A DNA stretch of 35,653 nucleotides from contig NC_068994.1 in the NCBI RefSeq assembly GCF_001194135.2, positions 47,136,506 to 47,172,158 on the forward strand. Reading direction: 5' to 3'. The number at the start of each line of letters is the position of its first letter. Within the stretch, counting starts at the first letter, position 1. Below, piece after piece: positions 11,081 to 23,000 of this stretch. The DNA is from Octopus bimaculoides. Taxonomy: Eukaryota. The translations under genes and the position numbers were made by a program. The notes beneath the pieces are model-generated. The model did not search any database, had not been told where the DNA came from, and saw only the letters and a list, made by a program, of their open reading frames with translations.

Positions 11081-14000
11081 CATACACAGGGGTTGGACAA
11101 AATAATTGGAACATGTATTAAATTCAATGAATATTTATTTAATATGGAGTTGGTCTTCCTTTGGCTTTCTGAACAGCTTCGATGCATCTAGGAATTGATT
11201 GATACAGCTTCCTGACTTCATTGAGAGGAATCTTGATCCATTCTTTTTGAGATAGCCAAACTGACACTGAAGTAAATAATCTAGTCGTGAATATCTCAAA
11301 CAAACGGGATTAAAACAGGGTCATTGAATTTTTGAATGGTTAGAATATGTTGGTTGAAGGAGGTGGAGGTGATGGTAGGATACAGCAATAAAAATCTAAT
11401 GAAATATAAGCCTTTTCTTTTTGATTTTGTAATTATCTTTGTTGTTGTCTGTCGTCAAAACATTTCAGGGGTATGATTTCAACTTATAAAAAAAAAAATT
11501 TCTTAATAAAGAATATTCTTTTTGTTACATTTTGCAGGCAAATGGCCAGAATTTGGAAGACAGAGCAGTATTGAGTGCATATGGAGAGGAGAACCCATCT
11601 GAGAGGGTACATTTCTGTATCCCATACAACCATGAGTTTCATGTGCTACCAGAAAGCCAGTCGGCAGCTGTAAGCTAACACTTTGTATCTTGTTTTGTAG
11701 CAGGTGTTCTGGGAAATTTTACCTAGATTTGACATGAAACTGAAATCACCATAACTACCATCACCAACGTCACCCCCAACACCAGCACCACACCCATCAC
11801 TACCATTATAGCCACCACCATCATCATAACTACAATGAATACCAACACCATATTAATAAACTGCAAGGCCCACATAACCACAACTATCATCATAATTACC
11901 ATCACCACCGCAACCACCACCACCATCATCATCACCACCACCACCATAGCCACTATCACCACCACCACCACCACCATCATCATCGTCATCACCATCCTCA
12001 AAGCCTTATTAGCATAAATTAATGACGATGTTGATGTAGTAGTAATTTCCTTAATTGACAAGCTGACATGAATACATAAATTAACTGATTCTGTGTGATT
12101 TAAGATGTTCTCTATGTGTCTCTGCTGTTGTCTGATGGGATCTTGACTCAGATTAAGTGATCATTGATGAGAATTTTGATAAGCTCAAAACTGTGTAGTC
12201 ATCATCATTGTTTAACATCCGCTTTCCATGCAGGCATGGGTTGGACAGTTTGACTGAGAACTGGTGAGCTATGAGGCTGCACCAGGCAACAATCTGATTT
12301 GGTAAGGTTTCTACAGCTGGATGCCCTTCCTAACACTAACCATTGTGAGAGTATAGTGGGTACTTTTAACATGTCACTGGCACAGGTGCCAGTCAGGCAG
12401 CACTACCATCAGCCATGCTCAAATGGTGCTTTTTACGTGCCACTAAGATCTAAGTCTTTTCCTGTGTACTGTCAATTTTCTCTGAAGAATTTTTGTGTTT
12501 ATGCCATTTCAGAAGTTCTACCGTCTGGTCGACTTTAGTTCAGCCACCGGGTGCTCCGAAGATGCATACGCTGGTGCCAACCTAAGTCAGACTGTGGTCA
12601 CAGTGATGCGTGGTGATTGCAGCTTCTCTGTGAAAGCATCTATCGTTGCCAAACTTGGTGCTGTTGCCATTATAAACATTTCACCAAGTAACGAAAGTCT
12701 GGTAAGTTCTCAATGTTTTTATATTTCTAATATGTTTCTATCTGTGAATGTTTTATTTTTGCTTCGTTTGTAGTGTGTATGGGTGCAAGAGGAAGGAAGC
12801 AAGTACCCAATAGGTAGGCTAGTTGATTAACTAGCCAACAAGTCACCAGTTCAAATCCTGCCCCTGTTACTGTCTTGTATATCATAACTAAGATACTCCA
12901 ATGTCTCAGTCTACCTAGCTGTAAATAGGTATGACAGAGTAGCCTATGCAATGATACTGTAATGATGGGCAAAGTAGTTCTTTAACTTGCAGTGTTGAGT
13001 TCTTTCTTGGATTCAGCCCCACTGATCTCATCTAGGTGTGGCTGTGTGGTAAGAAGTTTGCTTCTCATCCACAATGCTCTGGGTTCGTTCCTACTGTTTG
13101 GCACTTTGCGCAAGTGACTTCTGCTGTAGCCCTGGGCTGACCAAAAGTCTTGTGAATGAATTTGGTAGATGGAAACTGAAAGAAGCCCATAATATGCATG
13201 TGTGTATGCACTTCCCCACCACTATTTGACAACCAGTGTTGGCTCATTTATATCTCTATGGCTTAGTAATTCAGCAAAAAGATATTAATAGAAGTACTGC
13301 TTTGATTTGTTCAACTAAACTCACGATTTGTTCACTCAACTCACTGGAGTATGGCACCAGCATGGTCCCATTCCAATGGCTGAAACAAGCAAATGATAAA
13401 AGAACCAGTCACCCATTGATGCATGATTCTTATCACAATTTTGTTAATTTATTTCCTCATGAAAATTCCTGTCAGGTGAGTCTAGCATAGGGGCACAGGA
13501 GAAATACTTGACCAGTAAACAAACCCCTTTTCTAGCATAATACCAGAATCTGGGAGGTGACATCCTCTCCACTCAGTTCTAATTGTTGGAAATTATATGT
13601 GCTTAATGAAAGCCTCTGTGTGCTCACTGGACCTCCTAGAAATATCAGCCAAATGTTCCCTGAATCACACCCTGGAGTTGGTCTGTTTACGTCCCCGTAC
13701 CTTAGCAGTTCGGCAACAGAGACCAATAGACTAAGTACTAACCTTAACCCTTTCGTTACTAACCCGGCCGAGTGTACCCATTGTTATTTAAATGTATATT
13801 TGAACCCAAATTTCGTTAGTACATTTGTTAAAACACCTGATTTCACTTTGCAAACAGTTGAGTTATTGTCTCAGACATTGTTTGGCATGATATTTGAACT
13901 CAGTGAATTTTGGAAGATTTTTTTCCACATTTTTTGCGGGGTTAATTTTTTTCAACTTTGAAGATGGAGAGGAGTTTCATGCTATCATGCAGTGATTCCG

Positions 14001-17000
14001 AATTTGAAGGTTTTTCAACAGAAGATATGGAGATATCGAAGAAAAGAATGAATGAGCTACGAAAGGGTTAAATAAAAACAAGTTCTGGGGTCAATTCATT
14101 CAACTAAAAATTCTTCAAGGCAGTGCCCCAGCATGGCTGCGGTCTAAGTGCCTGAAACAAAAAGTTAAATGACTTATACTATGGACTTCTTTTGGTTTCT
14201 GTCTACCAAATCTATTCACAAGACTTTAGTCATCTCAGAGCTATAGTAGAAGACACTTGCCGTTGGTACCATGCAGTGGGCCTGAACCTGAAGCCATGTG
14301 GTTGGGAAGCCAATTTCTTAACCACAGTCATGTCTATGCCTAATAATCACAGTGGACAGTCATACTTGGATTTTCATTAATAATTTGTCTCAACATTCAC
14401 ATTACTCTCTGACTTACTTGGACATCCTCTTCTTTTTTCATCATCGACAGAGCCAGTTCATTTGAATTTGTCCTCTAGTTTACATATTGTTTTATCTGCT
14501 GGCTGTGCTTTGTTGAATTTCCTCTCAAACTTATTTCTGATTTCATTGTGGTTCTTTCATTGGACTTACCAGATAAGTATTGTCACACATTAGTGCATGG
14601 GTTTTCAAACTTTTTGACTTGCGGACCCCTTTATATTTCAGGCTTTACCTTAGGGACCCCCTTATAAATGCTTATGAAATTTATACATAAATATTTGCTT
14701 AAAATAACATATATTTTTACATTTATTTATTTAACAGTATTTAACAAATAGGTTTATTGTCAATTAAAAGATTTCGATTAAAAAACATATATAAAATCAA
14801 ATTACCCATAAAAAGTATTTGCTGTCCACGGACCACAGTTTGGAAACCCCTGCATTAGTGTATTCACTTGAAGGGTCTGGAAAAAAAAAAAAAATTTAAA
14901 TTGAGCCATTTGTATTAAAATAGTACTTGACTTTGTCCAGCAGGTATTTTACAAATAATGAATTGGCAAGGCGATATGATAAATAAAATCAATACAGCTA
15001 ATGGAGTAATGATTCAAATGAGAAAAAAATCAGATGAAGTTGTGTGTACTCCAGCTGTTTATCTATAAAATGGAAAAGGAAACTAGATGGTTCATAAGTG
15101 TTAGCTGACAGCTTATATGATAATGAGTTGGTAGATAAGAATGTTTTTGATATAAATATTTTGTCAATGACAAATAGGAGTTGTGAACTAGCAAGAAGAG
15201 TAACATACATTGAACTAACTATATTATTTACATTTGATGGATATTTGTCCTCATCTTGTTTGTTGTTAATATATTTCAGCTGATATACCCTCCAGCCTTC
15301 ACCAGGTGTCTTGGAGAAATTTCAGACCTGGGTTCTCATTCCTAAGGTATTTTTCAATGTTGTTATTATTATTATCATTGCCTGGAATCGAACTCGGAAT
15401 CTTGGGGCTAGTAGCCTGCACTCTTAACCACTTCGCCATATGCCTGTGGGCGTAGTGATTAAGAGCGTGGGCTACTAACCCCAAGATTCCGAGTTCGATT
15501 CCAGGCAGTGACCTGAATAATAATAATAATAATATCAAAACATACCTTAGGAATGAGAACCCAGGTTCAAAATTTCCCCAAGACACCTGATAAAGGCTGG
15601 AGGGTATATCAGCCGAAACGTGTTAACAACAAACAAGATGAGGACAAATATCCGTCAAATGTAAATAATGTACATAATTCCTCATCTCTTAAATATAGAA
15701 CTGTATTGAACTAACTAGTTTCTATGTGAGTATTTAGTGAAAGGTAATACTTGTTTAGTCACATTGTTTTGAATTAATCCTGTAATATCTCGTAGCTTTG
15801 AGAATTTGATGGTGTGATTGTTTACTTTTAGAACAGTGTTGCAGGGTAGGCATGAGAGGCTGGATATGGCCTGTTTGAACCTAAAACAAGTAGAATATTT
15901 GGGCCAGATATGGCAGGTTTAAATGCAAAGAGGTGAAATGCAGAAATATATTATAGGGGTTAATTCAGAGCATTTTAGAGAAACCTGAAAGGAAAGATAA
16001 CATTTTTATTATGATGTAATATTATACATGTAAAATGTTTTTTCTGACTTGTATGTAATCTTGGTTTTTGTGTCCTGATTTCACAGATTATCCCTGGGGG
16101 TAATAAAACTGACTACATGAACATCAACATCACTGTGGCTCTAATGAGAGATATTGAATTTGCCACTATTAAAGTAAGTGCAAGTTTCCTTTTTTTTTTT
16201 TTTCACCTCTAAGACCTGAGGTGCTTATCCAGTTATTTTCTTATTTAACACTAGCCTTATCACCGTTGCTAGTAATCATTTCATTGCAAAGAGTTAAAAC
16301 CATCTACCACACAAGCCAAATGAGAGAACTTGTTTATATGTGGTTATCTCACTCTGCTAGAAGTAGCAGCCAGCCAGTCAAAGGAGAGCATCACCAGAAT
16401 TATCATTTAGTACCAGTAAAACACTGGGGTTCAGCGTAATCGACTATCCCCCTCTCCCAAAATATCAGGCCTTGTGATTATAGTAGAAAGGATTATTATT
16501 ATTATTATTATTATTATAAAGGCAATTATTGATCTAATAAGTAACTTATTTTTGTTGTTGTCTTTCAGTATCTTGGTGACGATATTAAATGCCAGCTGTA
16601 TTCTCCGCAACCAACACTGTTTGGACTCACGGAAGCTGTCATCTTTCTTCTGGCTCTCATCAGCATTGTCATTGGAAGTTACTGGTCTGGTGTCCTCTTC
16701 TACGAAGAGTTAGTCTCAAAATTTTTCTATTATCTTGGAGACATTTTTTTTTTTTTTTTTTTTTTTTTTTTGTGTCTTTTGGTGTTTTTACTCCATTCTG
16801 TGTGCATATGTTTGTGTTGTTGTTTAGACCCAAGCTAACTCTGATTGAGCTGACAAAATCCAAGGCATTCTTGCCATGACCATTTCATCTTTGCTTTTTT
16901 TTTTAATTTTAGTACTCCTAAAACTAGATTATGCAATGTGTCCTTCCACTTTTTAAAAATAGTATGGTGTAATTTCAAAGGAATTTGGCTGCCATTTTTA

Positions 17001-20000
17001 GCAGGTTGAGCGACCATGTGGAAGCTCCCTCATCATTTGTGTCTGTGTGTGTATTTGCACATTGTCGAATGGCTGAATGGTCAAGAAGTCCCCCTTTGCA
17101 ATCCTTTAATTCTTGGTTCAAGACTGCTGCTGCCACTACACGTACATATTCTAGGTCACTCCAAGTCACTCCTCATACATCTAGGACCGAACTATTATTA
17201 CATAATTAACATTTTATGCTTGACTATTATAACTGCTAAATAGTCAAGCATAACAGGACATGTTACTCTAATCCAACATGTCTAAAACAAATAATGAAGA
17301 ATTAATCCTTAGATAAGACTTGTTACTGTACTCTATATGAATACATCAACATATCTAACACTATTAATACTATGATTACTAAAATGTTAAACCTTATACA
17401 AGACACACCACTCTTATTTTTATGAATATAGTAACCTATCTAACATCATATATTAAAGGGGTTAAACATTAAACAAGATACACCACTCCACTATATAATG
17501 CTAAAGTATTTAACTTTACACAAAACCCACTCCTCTACTTTATATGAATTATTAAATGCCTGATGTGCTTCATGGCATACATATGTGCATACATACATCC
17601 TTCCTTTCTTCAGTCTACTGCTAGGTGAAGGCTACAGCATGTTCTCTCCACCAACCACAATCTGATGTTTTCCTCTTCCATGCTTGGGTGCCAAAGAATT
17701 TAACAAAGTCTTCATTCTAACTTCTGCATGGTCTTTCCTTCCTTTTTTTCTGGAGGTGGTGTCCACTCTGTCAATTTGCTATTCCGTCTATTGTCCTTTC
17801 CTCTAAACACATGTCCCACAAAAGACCATTTCAAGATTTTTGTTTCCCAGACAATATCCATTAAACCTCAATATCAACATATCTAATGCTTTTTTCTATT
17901 GTGAAGTTTAGACAAAATAATATTCTACTTTATATAAATACATTAATATATCTAACAATTTTTCTATTAATATTGAACAGTTCAATGCTTAGACAAGAAT
18001 TACCTCTCTACTTTGTATAAATAAGAAATCTAACACCACACATAAGTTCCACAATGTGAACTGAGCCTACAACCCCAAGTTTGCTTATCTCTATTTTACT
18101 AACACTCTTTGGAAAGGCATGAACACCATTGCTCCAGTTCCCTGGAGTCAATAAAGCTGACCATTCAGTAGTTGTCTCAGGTCAACCAAAGCCACATGAG
18201 TAAAATATGGTAGGCAGAAACAGTAATGGAGACCTATCAGAGGGCCTGTTACTGTCCTTGGATCAAAGACTTAATCATTTGATTTAATCCCTTTATCTGG
18301 TCCTTGGGTGCCACAAAGCAGAGTCCACTTTATTGCAAATATTTGAACCAGGTCTCCAGTCTAAAGATAACTTTCTCCATTCCTCCCACCAATCTCCATG
18401 GCTCTGAAAAAAGTTATGCACATTGCTATCCCTTTACTGCTTTAAGCCATTAAAAAATATTTAAAAAAAATCATGAATGGTCAGTCATTAAATTCATCTT
18501 ATTTATCCTACTGGTGCATGGCATCTATAAGTATTTGTCTATCTTTCATCATTAACCCTTTAGCATTTAAACCGGTCATATCTGGCTCATATAGTCTACC
18601 AGTTTTATATTGAAACTAGCCAGATTCAGCCTCTCACACCTATCCTACAATGATATTCTCAAAATAAACAATCACATCATCAAAATCTCAAGACTATGAG
18701 ATAATACATGATTATTTTTTTAAAAAATGTGGATACATAAGTATTACATTTGATAAATTAAATCTGAATGCTAAAGGGTTAATATAATGAATACTAAACC
18801 TTCTAGAACCTTCTGTATAGTTATCCCCCCACCTCTTTTCCTCAAAGCTCTAATCAAATTAAACGTCTGTATTTTCTGTTGTGTCTTCAGTTAAAGACCT
18901 GCTTACTCTGTGGAGTACTAACAACTTCCTGCTCTTCTTTATTTTCAGAACCAATTTGAAAAAAATTAATGAAGATGTTTCTGAATCGCCTCCCACACGG
19001 TACGATTCCCTTAACAACAGCAAAAAAAAAAAAAATCAAAATCAAAAAAAGGGCTACTAAATTTTTATAGCATTTTTATCTTCTAGAAATATTTAGAACC
19101 CCTCAACTTTCACTCACTCACAACCTATTTTTCCTTTGTTTTTGCTTTTCTTAAGTGTTTTTTTAAGTTGCAGATTTTTAGTTATTTATTTATTGATTTT
19201 TTTTTTTTCAGTTGCAGTCTTTATTCTTTGTTTCATGATTTAATATGCTGCATTGTCATGCTGTGATTGCACAGTTTCATTAAATACGCATGCTTTTTTC
19301 CTCCTCACTCACCCACCATTCTTATGCTAACAGTTAAATGTTGACACTGACATTTTCTGTTTTATTTCGTAGCAGCTGTTTTGGCACTGATAGTAGAATG
19401 CTTAGCGTATTCCTTCTCTTATCCACCTGTTCTCACTTCAAATATCACTGGTATAAGTAATATAAATACCAGTAATATTCTATTACAACTCTTCTACCTA
19501 AAGAGAGAAATCCAGCCAGTACAGCTGGACGACATGTCTTGCAATATTAAGTCCTGTTCCTAAGGCGGTGAGCTGGCAGAAACGTTAGCACGCCGGGTGA
19601 AATGCTTAGTGGTATTTCATCTGCCGTTACGTTCTGAGTTCAAATTCTGCTGAGGTCGACTTTGCCTTTCAGCCTTTCGAGGTCAATAAATTAAGTACCA
19701 GTCACGCACTGGGGTCGATCTAATCGACTTAATCACTTTTTCTGTCCTTGTTTGTCCCCTCTATGTTTAGCCCCTTGTGAGCAATAAAGAAATAAGAAAC
19801 GTTAGCATGCCAGGCGAAATGCTTAGCAGTGTTTCGTCTATCTTTACGTTCTGAGTTCAAATTCCACTGAGGTCAATTTTTGCCTTTCATTCTTTTAGGG
19901 TTGATAAATTATGTACTAGTTGCATACTGGGGTTGATCTAATTGACTGCCCCCCCCCAAAAAAAATTTCAGGCCTTGTGCCTAGAGTAGAAAAGAATATT

Positions 20001-23000
20001 AAGTCCTGTTCTTTTAATTTCTGTGTTAAAACCTTGCCTGCTTTGCATGTTATCTCTCTTACAGTTGGTAAAATAAATATGTACCAATCAAATACTGGAT
20101 CAATTATGTCTTTTGATGCCAAGCCACCCATAGTTCTGATACAAACCTCTGGTTTTAAAGTAATCTAATTTAAAATCTTCCGCCAAAATTTCCGGTTAAT
20201 TTATGTTCCAAGCACAGACAGTTTAATGATGACAGTTATTTGAGTAAATTTTTCATTACTTTTAAAAATCAATTGAAACAAAGTTGGTATATCCCAATAG
20301 AAATATGGTAACGAAAGGGTTAAATTCACATAGCTTTGTTCCAAGACTATATTGAGCAGCCCTCTTGGAATGGGGAAATACATATTCCAACCACAGCAAA
20401 TTTTTAACTCAAGATTTATAGGAATAAGTTAAGGCCAAATAAATAGTGGGACATGGAATCTAGTATTCTACTATTTTTGCCATCTTACTACCCTAACAGC
20501 AACACAGGGCCACCAATATTTGGTGGATAGATGATTGAACCAACTCTAGTGCAAGACTGGTGGTTTGTTGATTCCAGCAGCATTTGAACCTAAAGGAATG
20601 TGGCTAAGATATCCTGATATTTTGCCCAGTACTTTACCAATTTTGCTAATCGCCACTCTTCTTCAATAATAACCATGATGAAGAGGAGGAATTTCACTGG
20701 CACAAAGTTAAGGATAGTCAGGTGAATTGTCCCCTACTATATAGCTGGTATGGATTTTAATTGACCTCAGAGAGATGAAAATGAATTAAACTGACCCAAC
20801 TTGAATTTTAGTTTAGAATGTAGAAAGAACATACAAAAATGAACCAAGAGGCTTTTGTCACCTGTACCATTTCTGCCTGCTCACCATCTTAATAATAATG
20901 GTTTCAAATTTTGTCACAAGGCAGTAATTTTTTTTTTGTGGGGGTGAGTCAATTACATCTCTCCCAGTGTTTGACTGGTACTTATTTTATTGGCCTCAAA
21001 AGGATGAAAAGTAGAGTCAACCTTGGTCAACCTTGGTGGAATTTGAACTCAGAATGTAGCAACAGGCAAAATACAGCTAAGCATTTCATCCGGTGCACTA
21101 ACAATTCTGCCAGCTTGCTGCTTTAATAATATTGATGATAATAATAATAATGAGGGACCTTTTGAGTGGGATGGGCTACTCGACCTGAAGAAAATTCTAA
21201 CTGGGCCCCACCTGAGATCAGCATGTCACGCACATATGATTGTGATGCATGTGCCTGGTGTACCCTTATCATACAGGTAGTCATGATGGGTATATTGGGC
21301 TTCGTATATTTTACCCCAGTATCACTTTGATGGCATGCACTGCTCTCTCACTCAATAATAATACAGTAATTATTACTTAAACTGGCAAATTTTACAAAGA
21401 GTTTAAAAATCTTTGAAGCTAGGGTCACAATCAACTGACTTTGATTATGCATTTGACTGGTACTTATGTTATCAACCTCTTCTCTAAAAATCAGTAACAA
21501 TAATAATTTTTACCATTGACAATTCTTTTGTTTTGCTTTGTTTTGTTTCTCTATTATCAAATTTCTTACTGAGTTGTTTTTTTTAAAAAAAACAAAAACG
21601 TGTTCTCTTTTTCTTTCCCTCCAGTAGCGTCTTCAGGTGCCGCAGTACATTTCTTTCTTTTCCTTTTAACTCTTTAACTGCATAATTAAATTTCATGGTC
21701 ATTTCAGTAATGATGTTAAATATCTACTAAAAAAAAAAAAAAAAGTACAATTGGTATTTTCTGCAATTCCCATTTCCTCAGTAAACTTGGTATAAACTCA
21801 ACAGAAAAATAATAATTTCAAGCAAGACATTCCTCAACAAAAGATAGATTGGTAAATAAAGCTGCTTTCCACAGTTAAGGGTAATGAAATTCTGATTAGA
21901 AGGGTTAATCCCCAAAAGCGCAGCACTACAAATGTTTTAAACCTAAAATCAAGTACATCATCCTTACGAGTTTGAATGCTTTAGGTTTATTAGTTTTCTT
22001 GGATAATTTAATTCACATCTAGAATGTATCATGATAGGACTGTAAATCAACCTCCTGTTTTTAACTGGTACTTTAACTTTATGATATACAAGCAAGTGGA
22101 TCACAAAGTTGACCTCAACAGGTTTTGAACTCAGAATGTAGATAAAAAAAAATTTTTTTAACCACATGACTGTCAGTATTTGGTTACCTCCCTTTATGTT
22201 CTAGTCTTCCAAGTTTAAAAAGATGACATATAACTGTCAACTGCTAGAGTTGGTTTAATCGGTTTTGCTCTCACTGCAAAATTTCTGGTCTTGTGCCTGC
22301 CTATGTAAAAATTTGGCAGAATCGTTACCATGCCAGGTAAAATGCTTAGCAGCATTTCGTCTGTCTTTACGTTCTGAGTTTAAATTCAATGAAATTGAGT
22401 TACCGTAACTTAGTTGTTCGGTAAAAGAGACCGATAGAATAAGTACTAGGCTTACAAAGAATAAGCTCTGGGGTCGATTTGTTCGACTATAAAGGCGGTG
22501 CTCCAGCATGGCTGCAGTCAAATGACTGAAACAAGTAAAAGAGAGTACCCCACCCCCTGAACTTGCTGGCCTTGTCCCAAAATTTGAAATCATCATTAAA
22601 AGGCAGCGAGCTGGCAGAATCATTACCACTAAGCATTCCATCCAGTGTGCTATTTCACCTGTCGCTATGTTCTGAGTTCAAATTTCGCCAAGATCAGCTT
22701 TGCCTTTCATCCTTTCAGGGTCGATAAATTAAGTACCAGTGAAACACCGGGGTTGATATAATCAACTAGTCCCCTGCCCAGAATTTTCAGACCATGTGCC
22801 TTTAGTAGAAAGAATTATTGTTATTATTTATGAACCAACTTGAAGCAGTAGGTTGGCAGAACCATTAAATTATTGGACAAAATGCCATTAGGTATTCTTT
22901 TGGCTCTTTACATTCTGAGTTCAAATTCTGCTAAGGTCAACTTTACCTGTCATCCTTTTGGGATTGATAAAATAAAATACCAATTAAATCCCTCCCCACA

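Noticed and set aside
11723-12061. 112-aa and 60-aa ORFs rich in Val/Met or Thr/Ile that look like membrane or mucin-like proteins
   Set aside because: They are translations of the (ACC/ATC)n microsatellite.
13557-13961. 134-aa plus-strand ORF
   Set aside because: It runs across a SINE fragment and a piggyBac-type MITE, so it is a chance ORF.
15449-15507. tRNA gene call for the tRNA-like heads (also at 13034 and 19562)
   Set aside because: They have A and B boxes, but I could not build a complete acceptor stem, and they run straight into repeat bodies. They are SINE-type heads, not tRNA genes.
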